Below are positions 50,406-59,804 of a stretch of 64,000 nt of DNA, piece after piece (the stretch's first letter is position 1; every line of letters begins with the position of its first letter). Below the pieces are notes generated by a model, which was not told the DNA's origin, made no database searches, and saw only the letters and a program-made list of their open reading frames with translations. The DNA lies in the NCBI GenBank assembly GCA_902576335.1, contig CACGVC010000005.1, positions 204-64,203 of the forward strand, in the 5' to 3' direction. The DNA is from an uncultured Pelagibacteraceae bacterium. GTDB taxonomy: Bacteria > Pseudomonadota > Alphaproteobacteria > Pelagibacterales > Pelagibacteraceae. Position numbers and translations under genes: made by a program.

Positions 50406-50438
50406 TGTTATATTATTACATGGTGTTATATTATAACA
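50406..50438. promoter_or_regulatory. Tandem Zur boxes in the divergent znuC/znuA promoter
   Basis: TGTTATATTATTACA (50406-50420) and perfect 7-1-7 palindrome TGTTATATTATAACA (50424-50438). Confidence 0.88.
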
Positions 50439-50455
50439 ATTTAAATATACAACAT

Positions 50456-51511
50456 ATGAAAAACTTAAAAAAATTACCATTAATCCTATCACTATTATCA
50501 TTCTTAACAATATTTGCACCAGCGAACGCTGAGATTAAAGTAGTTGCAGCAATAAAACCAATCCATTCGCTTGCAAGTTATCTAATGGATGGTGTTGGTA
50601 AACCAGATTTAATTGTTGATGGTTATGCTTCCCCACATGGATTTGCACTTAAGCCATCACACGCAAAAATGTTACAAAATGCTGATATTATATTTTGGGT
50701 AGGTGAGGATATCGAAACCTTTTTAGAGAAACCATTAAAAACAATTGCAAAAGATGCTGAAAAAATCGAATTAATGGAAATTAAAGGTTTAACTAAACTT
50801 AAATTTAGAGAAAGAAATATTTTTGAAGGCCACGACGATCATGGGCATAAGGAAGATGATCATGACGATCATGCTAAGAAAGAAGACGATCATGATGATC
50901 ACGATCATGATAAAAAAGAAAAAGAACATGGCCATGATGAACACGGACATGACGATGATCATAAAAAAGATGGTCACGATGACCATGGACACGAGGGACA
51001 TGCTCACGGAGAGTTTGATCCACACATATGGCTTGATCCGATGAATGCAAAAATAATTTTAAGTGAAATGGCAGAACACTTAATTGAAAATGATCAAAAA
51101 AATGAGGCAAAATATAAAGCAAATTTAAAAAACGCTCATAAAGATTTAGATAATCTAACAAAAAAAGTAAAATCTGAATTAAATAAAGATTTTAAATCAA
51201 TAGTCTTCCATGATGCATATCAATATTTTGAAGAAAGATTTGGGATAAACATTCTTGGGGCATTTACAGTGAACACTGATGTTATGCCAGGTGCTGAACA
51301 ATTAGCTGAAATAAGAGAAGTAATTGAGCATGACAAAGTAAACTGTATTTTTTCTGAACCGCAATTTAATCCTGATATTATTAAGGCTGTAGCAAAAGAT
51401 ACAAATGTTGCAACAGGGGTTATAGATCCATTAGGTGCAACATTAGATCCAGGAAAAAACTTGTATTTTGATTTAATTAAAAATATGTCTAATTCCTTTA
51501 AGGGATGTTAA
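50456..51511 (+). CDS. znuA: Zinc ABC transporter substrate-binding protein with long His/Asp loop
   Basis: Signal peptide, IKPIHSL, SPHGFALKPS, DPHIWLDP, VFHDAYQYFE, FSEPQF; start set at ATG 50456. Confidence 0.95.
   Translation: MKNLKKLPLILSLLSFLTIFAPANAEIKVVAAIKPIHSLASYLMDGVGKPDLIVDGYASPHGFALKPSHAKMLQNADIIFWVGEDIETFLEKPLKTIAKDAEKIELMEIKGLTKLKFRERNIFEGHDDHGHKEDDHDDHAKKEDDHDDHDHDKKEKEHGHDEHGHDDDHKKDGHDDHGHEGHAHGEFDPHIWLDPMNAKIILSEMAEHLIENDQKNEAKYKANLKNAHKDLDNLTKKVKSELNKDFKSIVFHDAYQYFEERFGINILGAFTVNTDVMPGAEQLAEIREVIEHDKVNCIFSEPQFNPDIIKAVAKDTNVATGVIDPLGATLDPGKNLYFDLIKNMSNSFKGC
50828..51010 (+). repeat. Low-complexity His/Asp/Lys quasi-repeats inside znuA
   Basis: Repeated GA(T/C)GATCATGA(T/C)GATCA units encoding HDDH/EDDHDDH. 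Confidence 0.85.
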
Positions 51512-51519
51512 TTTAATTA

Positions 51520-52494
51520 ATGCAAAAAACAGACAAACAGGTTCCTGTTACTGTCTTAACGGGTTTTTTAGGTGCTGGAAAAACTACTCTTTTAAATAGA
51601 ATATTAACTGAGCAGCATGGTAAAAAATATGCTGTAATAGTTAATGAATTTGGTGAACAAGGTATTGACAATGACTTGGTAGTTGATGCTGATGAAGAAG
51701 TTTTTGAGATGAATAATGGTTGCATATGTTGCACCGTTAGAGGTGATTTAATCCGAATATTAAGTGGACTAATGAAACGGGCAGACAAACTTGATGCAAT
51801 AATAGTAGAAACAACTGGGTTAGCTGATCCAGCTCCTGTAGCTCAAACATTTTTTGTTGACCAAGATGTTGCTGATCGCACAAAATTAGATGCAATTGTT
51901 ACGGTTGCAGATGCTGTTCATTTAAGTTCTCAATTAACCGATCATCACGAAGCAGAAGAACAAATTGCTTTTGCAGACGTTGTATTACTAAATAAAATAG
52001 ATCTCGTCGATGAAAATGGATTAGAAGTTGTAAAACAGAGAATTAAAAAAATTAATCCCTTTGGTAAAATTATTAATACCACTAAATGTGGAGTTCCTTT
52101 GAACGAAGTTCTTAATCTTGATGCATTTAGTTTAAAACGTGTTTTAGAAGTAGAGCCTGATTTTCTTACATCAGATCATGATCATGAGCATGATGACGAT
52201 GTAACTAGCTTATCCTTTGTTTCTGATACTCCTTTAGATATGGAGAAATTTCAAGATTGGTTTACCAAATTATTACAAACCAAGGGTCAAGATATCTTAA
52301 GAACAAAAGGAATTCTTGACTTTACTGGAGAAAGTGATCGATATGTATTTCAAGGTGTGCATATGCTCATGGATGCTTCACCAATGGGTAAATGGCCAGA
52401 GGGAAAAGAACGTAGTTCTCGATTAGTTTTTATTGGCCGAAATCTTGAAACTATGAATTTGAAGGAAGGATTTGAAAACTGCAAATCGGCATGA
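51520..52494 (+). CDS. COG0523/CobW-family G3E GTPase metallochaperone
   Basis: TGFLGAGKTT, VNEFGE, GCICCTVR (CxCC), ETTGLADP, NKID, His stretch DHDHEHD, CobW_C. Confidence 0.93.
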   Translation: MQKTDKQVPVTVLTGFLGAGKTTLLNRILTEQHGKKYAVIVNEFGEQGIDNDLVVDADEEVFEMNNGCICCTVRGDLIRILSGLMKRADKLDAIIVETTGLADPAPVAQTFFVDQDVADRTKLDAIVTVADAVHLSSQLTDHHEAEEQIAFADVVLLNKIDLVDENGLEVVKQRIKKINPFGKIINTTKCGVPLNEVLNLDAFSLKRVLEVEPDFLTSDHDHEHDDDVTSLSFVSDTPLDMEKFQDWFTKLLQTKGQDILRTKGILDFTGESDRYVFQGVHMLMDASPMGKWPEGKERSSRLVFIGRNLETMNLKEGFENCKSA

Positions 52495-53534
52495 AAGCTG
52501 ATCTAAATAATTTTCCACAGTTAAATAAAACCAAATTTGAAAACCGAGGAAAAGAGTTAAGACTTGGAATTCCCGTTATCAATGCTGTTACAGTTGGCGA
52601 TTCTATAGCTGTTGGATTTGGAGATGGAACTGTTAGAATTTTCTCGCCTGGAAAAAGCTCTGAACCTATAAAAGCTCATAAAGGTATTGTTCTTTGTATG
52701 GCAAAAGATGGGGATCATATTTTAACTGGTGGAGATGATGGTCGTTTTTTAAGAATTTCTCTAGATGGAAATATAAATGAGATTAGTAACTTTGGTACTC
52801 GTTGGGTAGATCATGTTACATCAAAAAATGGCAGCGTGGTTTGCACATCCGGAAATATTGTATATCTCTGGATGCCAAATAAAAAAGAACCAAAACTGTT
52901 AGAGCATGACAGCACTATTGGTGGTGTAGCTTTCGACTCTAAAGGTAGAAAATTAGCAGTTTCTAGATATGGTGGAGTTACTCTTTGGAAAAAAGATTAT
53001 AGCAACAAATGGACTTCTTCTGATTTAATTTGGAAAGGTTCTCATAATAAAGTCATTTTTAGTCCTGACGACAGATACTTGGTGACGTCCATGCAGGAAA
53101 ACCAACTTCATTTTTGGCGATTAAAAGACAAGATTGACTCTGCAATGTCAGGATATGGTGCAAAAGTTAAAAGTTTCACCTTTGTAGGTGACTCAAAATA
53201 TTTAGCAACATCTGGTGCTAATGATGCTGTATGTTGGCCATTTGACGGCGATGGACCAGTAGGTCGTGAACCAATTTGTATTCCGTATGTAGGAAAACAA
53301 TTAGTCACATTTGTTGAATCATTTCCTAATGAGAATGCAATTTTAACTGGACTAAGTGATGGCTCAGTTTATTTATCAGAAATTGAAAAAGCCAATAATA
53401 CAATAATTATTCGAAGTTTTACTGAATTTGAAGTTTCTGCCATTGCGGTCACTGATGATTGCTCACATCTTTTAATAGGAGATATGGGAGGAAATATTTT
53501 ATGGACATCGATTTGGGATGAGGAAAAAAATTAA
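52491..53534 (+). CDS. WD40-repeat beta-propeller protein
   Basis: GFGDGTVRIF, AHKGIVL, LTGGDDG, FSPDDRYLVT, WPFDG; 4-bp overlap with the GTPase. Confidence 0.87.
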   Translation: MKADLNNFPQLNKTKFENRGKELRLGIPVINAVTVGDSIAVGFGDGTVRIFSPGKSSEPIKAHKGIVLCMAKDGDHILTGGDDGRFLRISLDGNINEISNFGTRWVDHVTSKNGSVVCTSGNIVYLWMPNKKEPKLLEHDSTIGGVAFDSKGRKLAVSRYGGVTLWKKDYSNKWTSSDLIWKGSHNKVIFSPDDRYLVTSMQENQLHFWRLKDKIDSAMSGYGAKVKSFTFVGDSKYLATSGANDAVCWPFDGDGPVGREPICIPYVGKQLVTFVESFPNENAILTGLSDGSVYLSEIEKANNTIIIRSFTEFEVSAIAVTDDCSHLLIGDMGGNILWTSIWDEEKN

Positions 53535-53537
53535 CTT

Positions 53538-53801
53538 ATGTTCAATAAAAAAAAACCAAATGCGGAAACTATTAGAAATTTAAAAATTCTATTTTCGAAA
53601 AAATATCAAATACCTGAAACATCTATTTTAAGTATGGCTGAGTTAAGTTGCCATGAACCTAATTGTCCACCTATAGAAACCATAATAACCGAGAGAGCAG
53701 AGGGTGGAAGAGTAAGAAATTGGCGGATAGCAAAACCGATTATTGATATTCGAGAGATTGATATAAAGAATTTAAATGAAGAGCATAATCACGAACATTA
53801 G
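53538..53801 (+). CDS. Small conserved-looking protein with C-H-E-P-N-C-P-P motif and His tail
   Basis: ELSCHEPNCPPIETII; C-terminal HNHEH; 3 bp after the WD40 gene. Confidence 0.8.
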   Translation: MFNKKKPNAETIRNLKILFSKKYQIPETSILSMAELSCHEPNCPPIETIITERAEGGRVRNWRIAKPIIDIREIDIKNLNEEHNHEH

Positions 53802-53861
53802 AAATAAATTAAATAAAGATCCCAAAATATAAATGACAACCTAGTAAGTAAGACAAAGTCT

Positions 53862-54638
53862 TTAAGCTAAAGTTATTTCTATAGGAGTGTGGTCTGATGG
53901 CTTTTCTCGTCCTCTAGGATCTTTATTAATATTAATACTTTTAATATTGTCTATCAGAGAATTTGAAACTAAAAAATGATCTATTCTCATTCCGTTATTT
54001 TTTTGCCAAGCGCCTCTCATATAGTCCCAAAAAGTATAACCTTCTTTGGCATCATAAAAATGTCTATAGACATCATTAAAACCTAGATTAATCATTTCTC
54101 TCAATTTTTTTCTTATCTCTAATCTAAACAAGGCATCATCTTCAAAACTTTTAGGATTATATACATCTTCCGCTGATGGTATTATGTTAAAATCCCCAGC
54201 CAAAATAATATTTTGATTTTTTTTACTTAAATTTTTTAATTGTTTAATTAAGTCATTGAGCCATTTTTTTTTGTAATCATACTTTTCAGTGTCGACTGGA
54301 TTACCATTAGGAGTGTAAATATTGATTAATTGAATATTTTTTTTCTTATATTCAATTTCAGCAGAAATTATTCTTGATTGTTTTAATTTATCTTTAATTA
54401 GGTCTTTTCTGATATTCTTTAATTTCCCTTTAGAAATAATTGCTACGCCATTATAACTTTTTTGACCAAATACGTGGCTTTCATAATCCATTGATGAAAA
54501 GTCGTCATAAGGAAAATTTAAGTCCTCGGTTTTGATTTCCTGCATCATCAAAATATCAGGCTTATATTTTAGGAGATAAGTTTTTATATTTTCAATTCTA
54601 GCCCTAACAGAATTTACATTCCATGATGAGATTATCAT
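53862..54638 (-). CDS. xth: Exodeoxyribonuclease III
   Basis: SWNVNSVRAR, QEIK, YNGVAI, GDFN, RIDH, SDHTP; start at the ATG coupled to erpA. Confidence 0.95.
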   Translation of the reverse strand: MIISSWNVNSVRARIENIKTYLLKYKPDILMMQEIKTEDLNFPYDDFSSMDYESHVFGQKSYNGVAIISKGKLKNIRKDLIKDKLKQSRIISAEIEYKKKNIQLINIYTPNGNPVDTEKYDYKKKWLNDLIKQLKNLSKKNQNIILAGDFNIIPSAEDVYNPKSFEDDALFRLEIRKKLREMINLGFNDVYRHFYDAKEGYTFWDYMRGAWQKNNGMRIDHFLVSNSLIDNIKSININKDPRGREKPSDHTPIEITLA

Positions 54639-54955
54639 TAAAGTGAAAAGGAGACACCACAACCACAAGATGATTTTGTTTGTGGATTATTAATCTTAAA
54701 TTGCTCACCAATTAATTCAGAGACATAATCAACTTCTGATCCTTTGAGTAAATCTGCTGAAGTTTTATCAATTAAAATATTTTGATAATTTAAATCATCA
54801 TCATTTTTTTCTTTGTCAAAAGTAAACTCGTATTGAAAACCTGAGCATCCACCACCCTTGATAGCGATTCTAAAAAAAGAGCCTTTATCTTTTTTAGATA
54901 AAAGAACATTGATCTGTTTTAGTGCTTTATCGGTAAATTTAATTTCTTTAATCAT
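54638..54955 (-). CDS. erpA: A-type Fe-S carrier (ErpA/IscA)
   Basis: GGGCSGFQY, CGCGVSF. Confidence 0.92.
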   Translation of the reverse strand: MIKEIKFTDKALKQINVLLSKKDKGSFFRIAIKGGGCSGFQYEFTFDKEKNDDDLNYQNILIDKTSADLLKGSEVDYVSELIGEQFKINNPQTKSSCGCGVSFSL

Positions 54956-55005
54956 AATTGATCACTGATATTAGTAATATAATACTAAAATTTATATTTT
55001 AAAGG

Positions 55006-56124
55006 ATGAAAAATTACTCAAAGCTAGGATTATTCAAAAGTAAGGGTAGAATATTTTACGAAACACCCTCAAAATATAGATCTCCATTTCAAAGGGATAG
55101 AGATAGAATCATACATAGCGCTTCATTTAGAAGATTAAAACATAAGACTCAAGTGTTTGTAAACACAGAGGGTGATCATTATCGAACCCGTATAACTCAT
55201 TCAATGGAAGTATCTCAAATTGCACGGTCTATAGCGCGTTATTTTAATTTAAATGAAGATCTAACAGAGACCTTAAGCTTGGCGCACGACTTAGGCCACA
55301 CTCCGTTTGGCCATGCAGGCGAGGAATCTTTAAATGATTGCATGGCTGAACACGGTGGGTTTGATCATAATTTGCAAACATTGAGAATTGTGATGTTTTT
55401 AGAAAATAAATATATGAAATTTAACGGTCTAAATTTATCAATAGAGACCTTGGAGGGCCTTTTAAAACACAACGGGCCAGTGGAGGACTTAAATTTAGTA
55501 AATGATTTAATAGGCACAAAAAAGTTTAAGAATTTAATCAATTTTAAAACATATCCACCATTAGAAGCTCAAATTGCAGCTATTTCAGACGATATTGCTT
55601 ATAATAATCATGACATACAAGATGGACTTAAGGCTAATTTATTTTCAATTGAGGAGTTAATTGAAATAGATTTTTTTAAAAACATTTATAAAAAATATAA
55701 AAGAAAAATAAATAGATATAACTATGATATCGCAGTATATCAGATCATAAGAGATTCAATTGATATAATGATAAAAGATTTAATATCTAATACTTTAAAT
55801 AATCTAAAAAAAAATAGAATTAAAGAGTCTAAAGATATAAAAAAAACAAAAGATTTAACCGTAGATTTTTCTGACAATATAAAGAATTCAGATTATGAGA
55901 TTAGATTTTTCCTAAAATCAAAAATGTACAATAACAAAAATGTCTTGAAAAAAAATAACAGAGGAAAATATATTATCAAAAAACTTTTTGAAATGATTAC
56001 GAAAAATCCCAAGCAATTTATTTCAAGAAAAGAACTTTCTGTTGATAAGTTTAGAGCAATTTCTGATTTTATATCTGGGATGACTGACAGATATGCTATT
56101 AATTTATATAAAGATTTAAAATGA
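55006..56124 (+). CDS. dgt: dGTP triphosphohydrolase
   Basis: RSPFQRDRDRI, RRLKHKTQV, RTRITHS, HDLGHTPFGH, DDIAY, ISGMTDRYA. Confidence 0.95.
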   Translation: MKNYSKLGLFKSKGRIFYETPSKYRSPFQRDRDRIIHSASFRRLKHKTQVFVNTEGDHYRTRITHSMEVSQIARSIARYFNLNEDLTETLSLAHDLGHTPFGHAGEESLNDCMAEHGGFDHNLQTLRIVMFLENKYMKFNGLNLSIETLEGLLKHNGPVEDLNLVNDLIGTKKFKNLINFKTYPPLEAQIAAISDDIAYNNHDIQDGLKANLFSIEELIEIDFFKNIYKKYKRKINRYNYDIAVYQIIRDSIDIMIKDLISNTLNNLKKNRIKESKDIKKTKDLTVDFSDNIKNSDYEIRFFLKSKMYNNKNVLKKNNRGKYIIKKLFEMITKNPKQFISRKELSVDKFRAISDFISGMTDRYAINLYKDLK

Positions 56125-57854
56125 ATATTTTTGATCTATATCTAATTAAGATAAAAGACATTCTTAAAGATTTGTCTAAACAAAATAAGATTATTTTGCC
56201 TGAAAATTTGGAAGGAATTACCGCTGAGATTCCACCGGTCAAATTCGATAGTGATATTTCAACAAATGTAGCAATGTTCTTAGCAAAAATTAATAAAAAG
56301 ACACCTAATGATATTGCTGAAATTTTATCTCCAATTTTAAGTGATAATGACGAGCAAATTGAAAGGATATCAATTGAAAAGCCTGGTTTTATTAATATTA
56401 AATTTAAACCAACATTTTGGACAAATTTTATTAAAGACGTAATCGAAAATTACAAAAGTTTTGGAGTAAATAAAAAAGAAAAAAAAATAAATTATTTAAT
56501 AGAATTTGTATCTGCCAATCCGACTGGACCATTACACGTAGGTCATTGTCGAGGTGCTATTTTAGGTGACGTAACGGCAAATTTGTTACAGTACAATAAT
56601 CATAAGGTAACAAAAGAATACTATGTAAATGATTATGGTAATCAAATAATTAATTTTACAAAATCAGTTTATTTTAGAATTAGAGAAATAAAATTTAAGG
56701 AGAACTTCCCGTCTAATGATGAAAACTTATATCCAGGCGATTATATAAAAGATTTTGCTCAAAATATTATAAAATCAAATAAAGACCTAAACTTTGAAAA
56801 TTTTGAAAGTATTTCTGAAAATCTAACTATTTTGTCAATTCAAGAGGCATTAAATCTAATTAAAAAAAATCTTAATAGTCTTGGAATTAATCATGATAGT
56901 TTTGTCAGTGAAAAAAAATTAGTTTCTAATAAAGAAGTAGAAAAAGTTGTTCAAACGCTTAAAGAGAATAATTTTGTTTATACAGGTAAAATTAAAGCAC
57001 CAATCGGAGAGGATAAAAATAATTGGGAGGAAAGAGAGCAGCTTCTTTTTAAATCAACTGATTTTGGTGATGATAAAGATAGAGCATTACAAAAAAGTGA
57101 TGGTTCATGGACTTATTTTGCAAGCGATGTAGCTTACCATAAAAATAAATTAGACAGAAAGTTTGATTGTTTAATAAATATTTTAGGCGCTGATCACGCT
57201 GGGTATATTAAAAGAATTTCATCTTCTGTTGATGCGTTATCCAATTCAAAGATCAAATTAATGTGTAAGGTAAGCCAACTCGTAAAACTTATAAAAGATA
57301 AAAAACCTTTTAAAATGTCAAAAAGAAAAGGTGACTATATTACTGTAGATGATCTAATAGGTGAAGTCGGCAAAGATGCTACTAGATTTATAATGTTAAA
57401 TAGAAGTAGTGATGTAGAATTAGATTTCGATTTTGATAACGTTGTGGAGAAGTCAAAAGAAAATCCTCTGTATTATGTACAATATGCTTACGCAAGAATA
57501 GCTTCTGTATTTAGACATTTAAATAAAGATTTAAGTTCTGAATTAGATATTGATAGTTATGATTTTAGATATTCAAATGATGAAATTCAAATTTTAAAAA
57601 AGATAGCTGAATGGCCAAAATGTATAGATATATCATGTAATAGATTGGAGCCACATAGAGTAGCTATTTATCTTTATGACTTATCATCACTATTTCATTC
57701 TTATTGGAATTTAGGAAAAGATAATCCAGATAAACGATTTATAAATGAACAAAAAAAAATCGATAATGATAAATTGATTTTTATTAAAGTTATTTCCAAT
57801 GTAATTAAATCAGGTATGAATATTATTGGTGTCTCAACACCAGAAAAAATGTAA
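56121..57854 (+). CDS. argS: Arginine--tRNA ligase
   Basis: EFVSANPTGPLHVGH, EYYVND, GADH, KMSKR, YVQYAYARI. Confidence 0.97.
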   Translation: MNIFDLYLIKIKDILKDLSKQNKIILPENLEGITAEIPPVKFDSDISTNVAMFLAKINKKTPNDIAEILSPILSDNDEQIERISIEKPGFINIKFKPTFWTNFIKDVIENYKSFGVNKKEKKINYLIEFVSANPTGPLHVGHCRGAILGDVTANLLQYNNHKVTKEYYVNDYGNQIINFTKSVYFRIREIKFKENFPSNDENLYPGDYIKDFAQNIIKSNKDLNFENFESISENLTILSIQEALNLIKKNLNSLGINHDSFVSEKKLVSNKEVEKVVQTLKENNFVYTGKIKAPIGEDKNNWEEREQLLFKSTDFGDDKDRALQKSDGSWTYFASDVAYHKNKLDRKFDCLINILGADHAGYIKRISSSVDALSNSKIKLMCKVSQLVKLIKDKKPFKMSKRKGDYITVDDLIGEVGKDATRFIMLNRSSDVELDFDFDNVVEKSKENPLYYVQYAYARIASVFRHLNKDLSSELDIDSYDFRYSNDEIQILKKIAEWPKCIDISCNRLEPHRVAIYLYDLSSLFHSYWNLGKDNPDKRFINEQKKIDNDKLIFIKVISNVIKSGMNIIGVSTPEKM

Positions 57855-58114
57855 TGATTAAAGAAATTAAGTATTTAGTATTTATTATCTTAATTTCTTT
57901 GTTCTTATTTTTTACTATTCGATATTATTTTTCTGATGAGAATAAAAAAAGGTCATATAGATCATTAAGCAATATTGATACGAAAATAAATAATTATGTA
58001 AAAAAATTACCAGTTTTAAAAAGTGATACTCAAAATATAATTGAATACGTTGAAGATATCAAATCCAATAAAAAAAAATATAACTTTTGGAAATTGTTAG
58101 AAAGTAATGAATAA
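57854..58114 (+). CDS. Small bitopic membrane protein (86 aa) in the argS-nagZ slot
   Basis: N-terminal TM, LPVLKSDT; overlaps both neighbours. Confidence 0.75.
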   Translation: MIKEIKYLVFIILISLFLFFTIRYYFSDENKKRSYRSLSNIDTKINNYVKKLPVLKSDTQNIIEYVEDIKSNKKKYNFWKLLESNE

Positions 58115-59054
58115 TCGTAGAGCATTTATAGTTGGTCTTAAATCGACTGAAATTAGTTCAAAGGAACAACTTTTTTTAAAAAGATACAAACCGTGGGGGG
58201 TTATTTTATTTACTAGAAATATCAAGAATTTAAATCAAACTAAAAAACTAACTTCAAAAATAAGAAATATTTTCAATGATAAGAAATACCCTATAATGAT
58301 TGATCAAGAGGGTGGACGTGTAAGCAGATTAGAAAATATCATTTCTTTTAAAAACTTGACCTCTGACTTTTTTGGAAAAAAATATGTTAAAAATAAAAAA
58401 GATTTTGATATTTACTTTAAAATTTTTATAGATAAAACGTCGTATTTATTAAAAGAATTGGGAATAAACATCAATTCTGTTCCAGTGTTAGATCTTAAAA
58501 TTAGTGGTTTCAGTAAAATAATTGGAGACAGATCCTTTTCAAGAGATCCTAATATTGTCTCTAAAATTGGTGATATATGCATTCAAACTTATAAAGAAAA
58601 TTCTATTGGCACTATCATAAAGCACATACCTGGACATGGTCTTGCTAAAGTAGATAGCCATTTTTCTACTCCATATATTAATAAATCGCTTCAATATCTT
58701 TTAAAAAATGATTTTAAAGCTTTTAAAAATAAAGACTCTTTTTTTGCAATGACTGGTCATTTGATTTTTAATCAAATTGATAAAGACAATACAGTTACTC
58801 ATTCTAGAAAAATGATAAATATTATTAGAAAAAAAGTTGGTTTTAAAAATCTCTTAATTTCTGATGATTTATCAATGAAAAGCCTTAAAAAGGGTCTCAA
58901 AATAAATACAATTGATACTTTTAAAGCTGGTTGTAATTTAGCGTTACATTGCAATGGTAAATTAAAAGAAATGGAAATTGTTGGTAAAAACTCACCTTTA
59001 GTAAGTAAATTTATAATAAAAAAAACATCACAATTTTACAATATTTTAAGATAA
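58107..59054 (+). CDS. nagZ: Beta-N-acetylhexosaminidase (GH3)
   Basis: GVILFTRNI, IDQEGGRVSR, IGDRSF, KHIPGHG...DSH, SDDLSM. Confidence 0.94.
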   Translation: MNNRRAFIVGLKSTEISSKEQLFLKRYKPWGVILFTRNIKNLNQTKKLTSKIRNIFNDKKYPIMIDQEGGRVSRLENIISFKNLTSDFFGKKYVKNKKDFDIYFKIFIDKTSYLLKELGININSVPVLDLKISGFSKIIGDRSFSRDPNIVSKIGDICIQTYKENSIGTIIKHIPGHGLAKVDSHFSTPYINKSLQYLLKNDFKAFKNKDSFFAMTGHLIFNQIDKDNTVTHSRKMINIIRKKVGFKNLLISDDLSMKSLKKGLKINTIDTFKAGCNLALHCNGKLKEMEIVGKNSPLVSKFIIKKTSQFYNILR

Positions 59055-59063
59055 TATTGGTAT

Positions 59064-59804
59064 ATGTCTTTCAACGATTCTGAATTTTTCAAAGTTCAAA
59101 TTGAAAATTATAATGGTCCACTAGATGTTTTACTAGATCTTGCAAAAGCTCAAAAAGTAAATTTAGAAAAAATATCAATAACTAAATTAGCAGATCAATT
59201 TAATGATTATATTAAAAATGAAACAAATTTAAATTTAGAGACAGCATCTGAATATTTGTTAATGGCAACATGGTTAGCTTACCTAAAATCAAAATTATTA
59301 TTACCAAGCTCTCCAGACGAAGAGTTCAAACTTCAAGAAGTTGCTGAAAAATTAAAATTACAACTTAAAAAATTAGAATTAATAAGATTATTGTCAGATC
59401 AAATGCTCAAGCGAAAACGTCTTGGAAAAGAGATCAGGTCAAGAGGCATGAAGGCTGGAATAAGACCAATTTATAATAGCGAATATAACATAAGTCTATT
59501 TGATCTTTTAAAAACTTACTCCTCTATCTTAATGACTAAAGATTTTCAAAAAATTAATATCCCAAGGCTTCCAGTTTTTACAACTGAAGACGGCATAAAA
59601 ACTATCAGAGACTTTTTTGGTAAACTCTTAGATTGGAAAAAATTAGATGATTTGATACCAAAAAATTTTAAAATTGAGAAAAAATTTAAAAGTACTGGAA
59701 CTGCTGGAATTTTTGCTGGTTCATTAGAATTAGTTAAAGAGGGAAATTTAAAAATAAAACAAGACGACCTTTTTGAAGAGATTTACATAAAAGAAAATAA
59801 ATGA
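59064..59804 (+). CDS. scpA: Segregation and condensation protein A
   Basis: GPLDVLLDLA, SEYLLMATWLAYLKSKLLLP, LELVKEG...Q..LF. Confidence 0.93.
   Translation: MSFNDSEFFKVQIENYNGPLDVLLDLAKAQKVNLEKISITKLADQFNDYIKNETNLNLETASEYLLMATWLAYLKSKLLLPSSPDEEFKLQEVAEKLKLQLKKLELIRLLSDQMLKRKRLGKEIRSRGMKAGIRPIYNSEYNISLFDLLKTYSSILMTKDFQKINIPRLPVFTTEDGIKTIRDFFGKLLDWKKLDDLIPKNFKIEKKFKSTGTAGIFAGSLELVKEGNLKIKQDDLFEEIYIKENK

Noticed and set aside
50405-50455. Upstream GTG start for znuA
   Set aside because: Runs through the Zur boxes; the signal peptide begins at ATG 50456
50789-51161. Alternative-frame and antisense ORFs and repeat-like DNA within znuA
   Set aside because: By-products of the low-complexity His/Asp loop; no constant repeat with unique spacers, so not CRISPR
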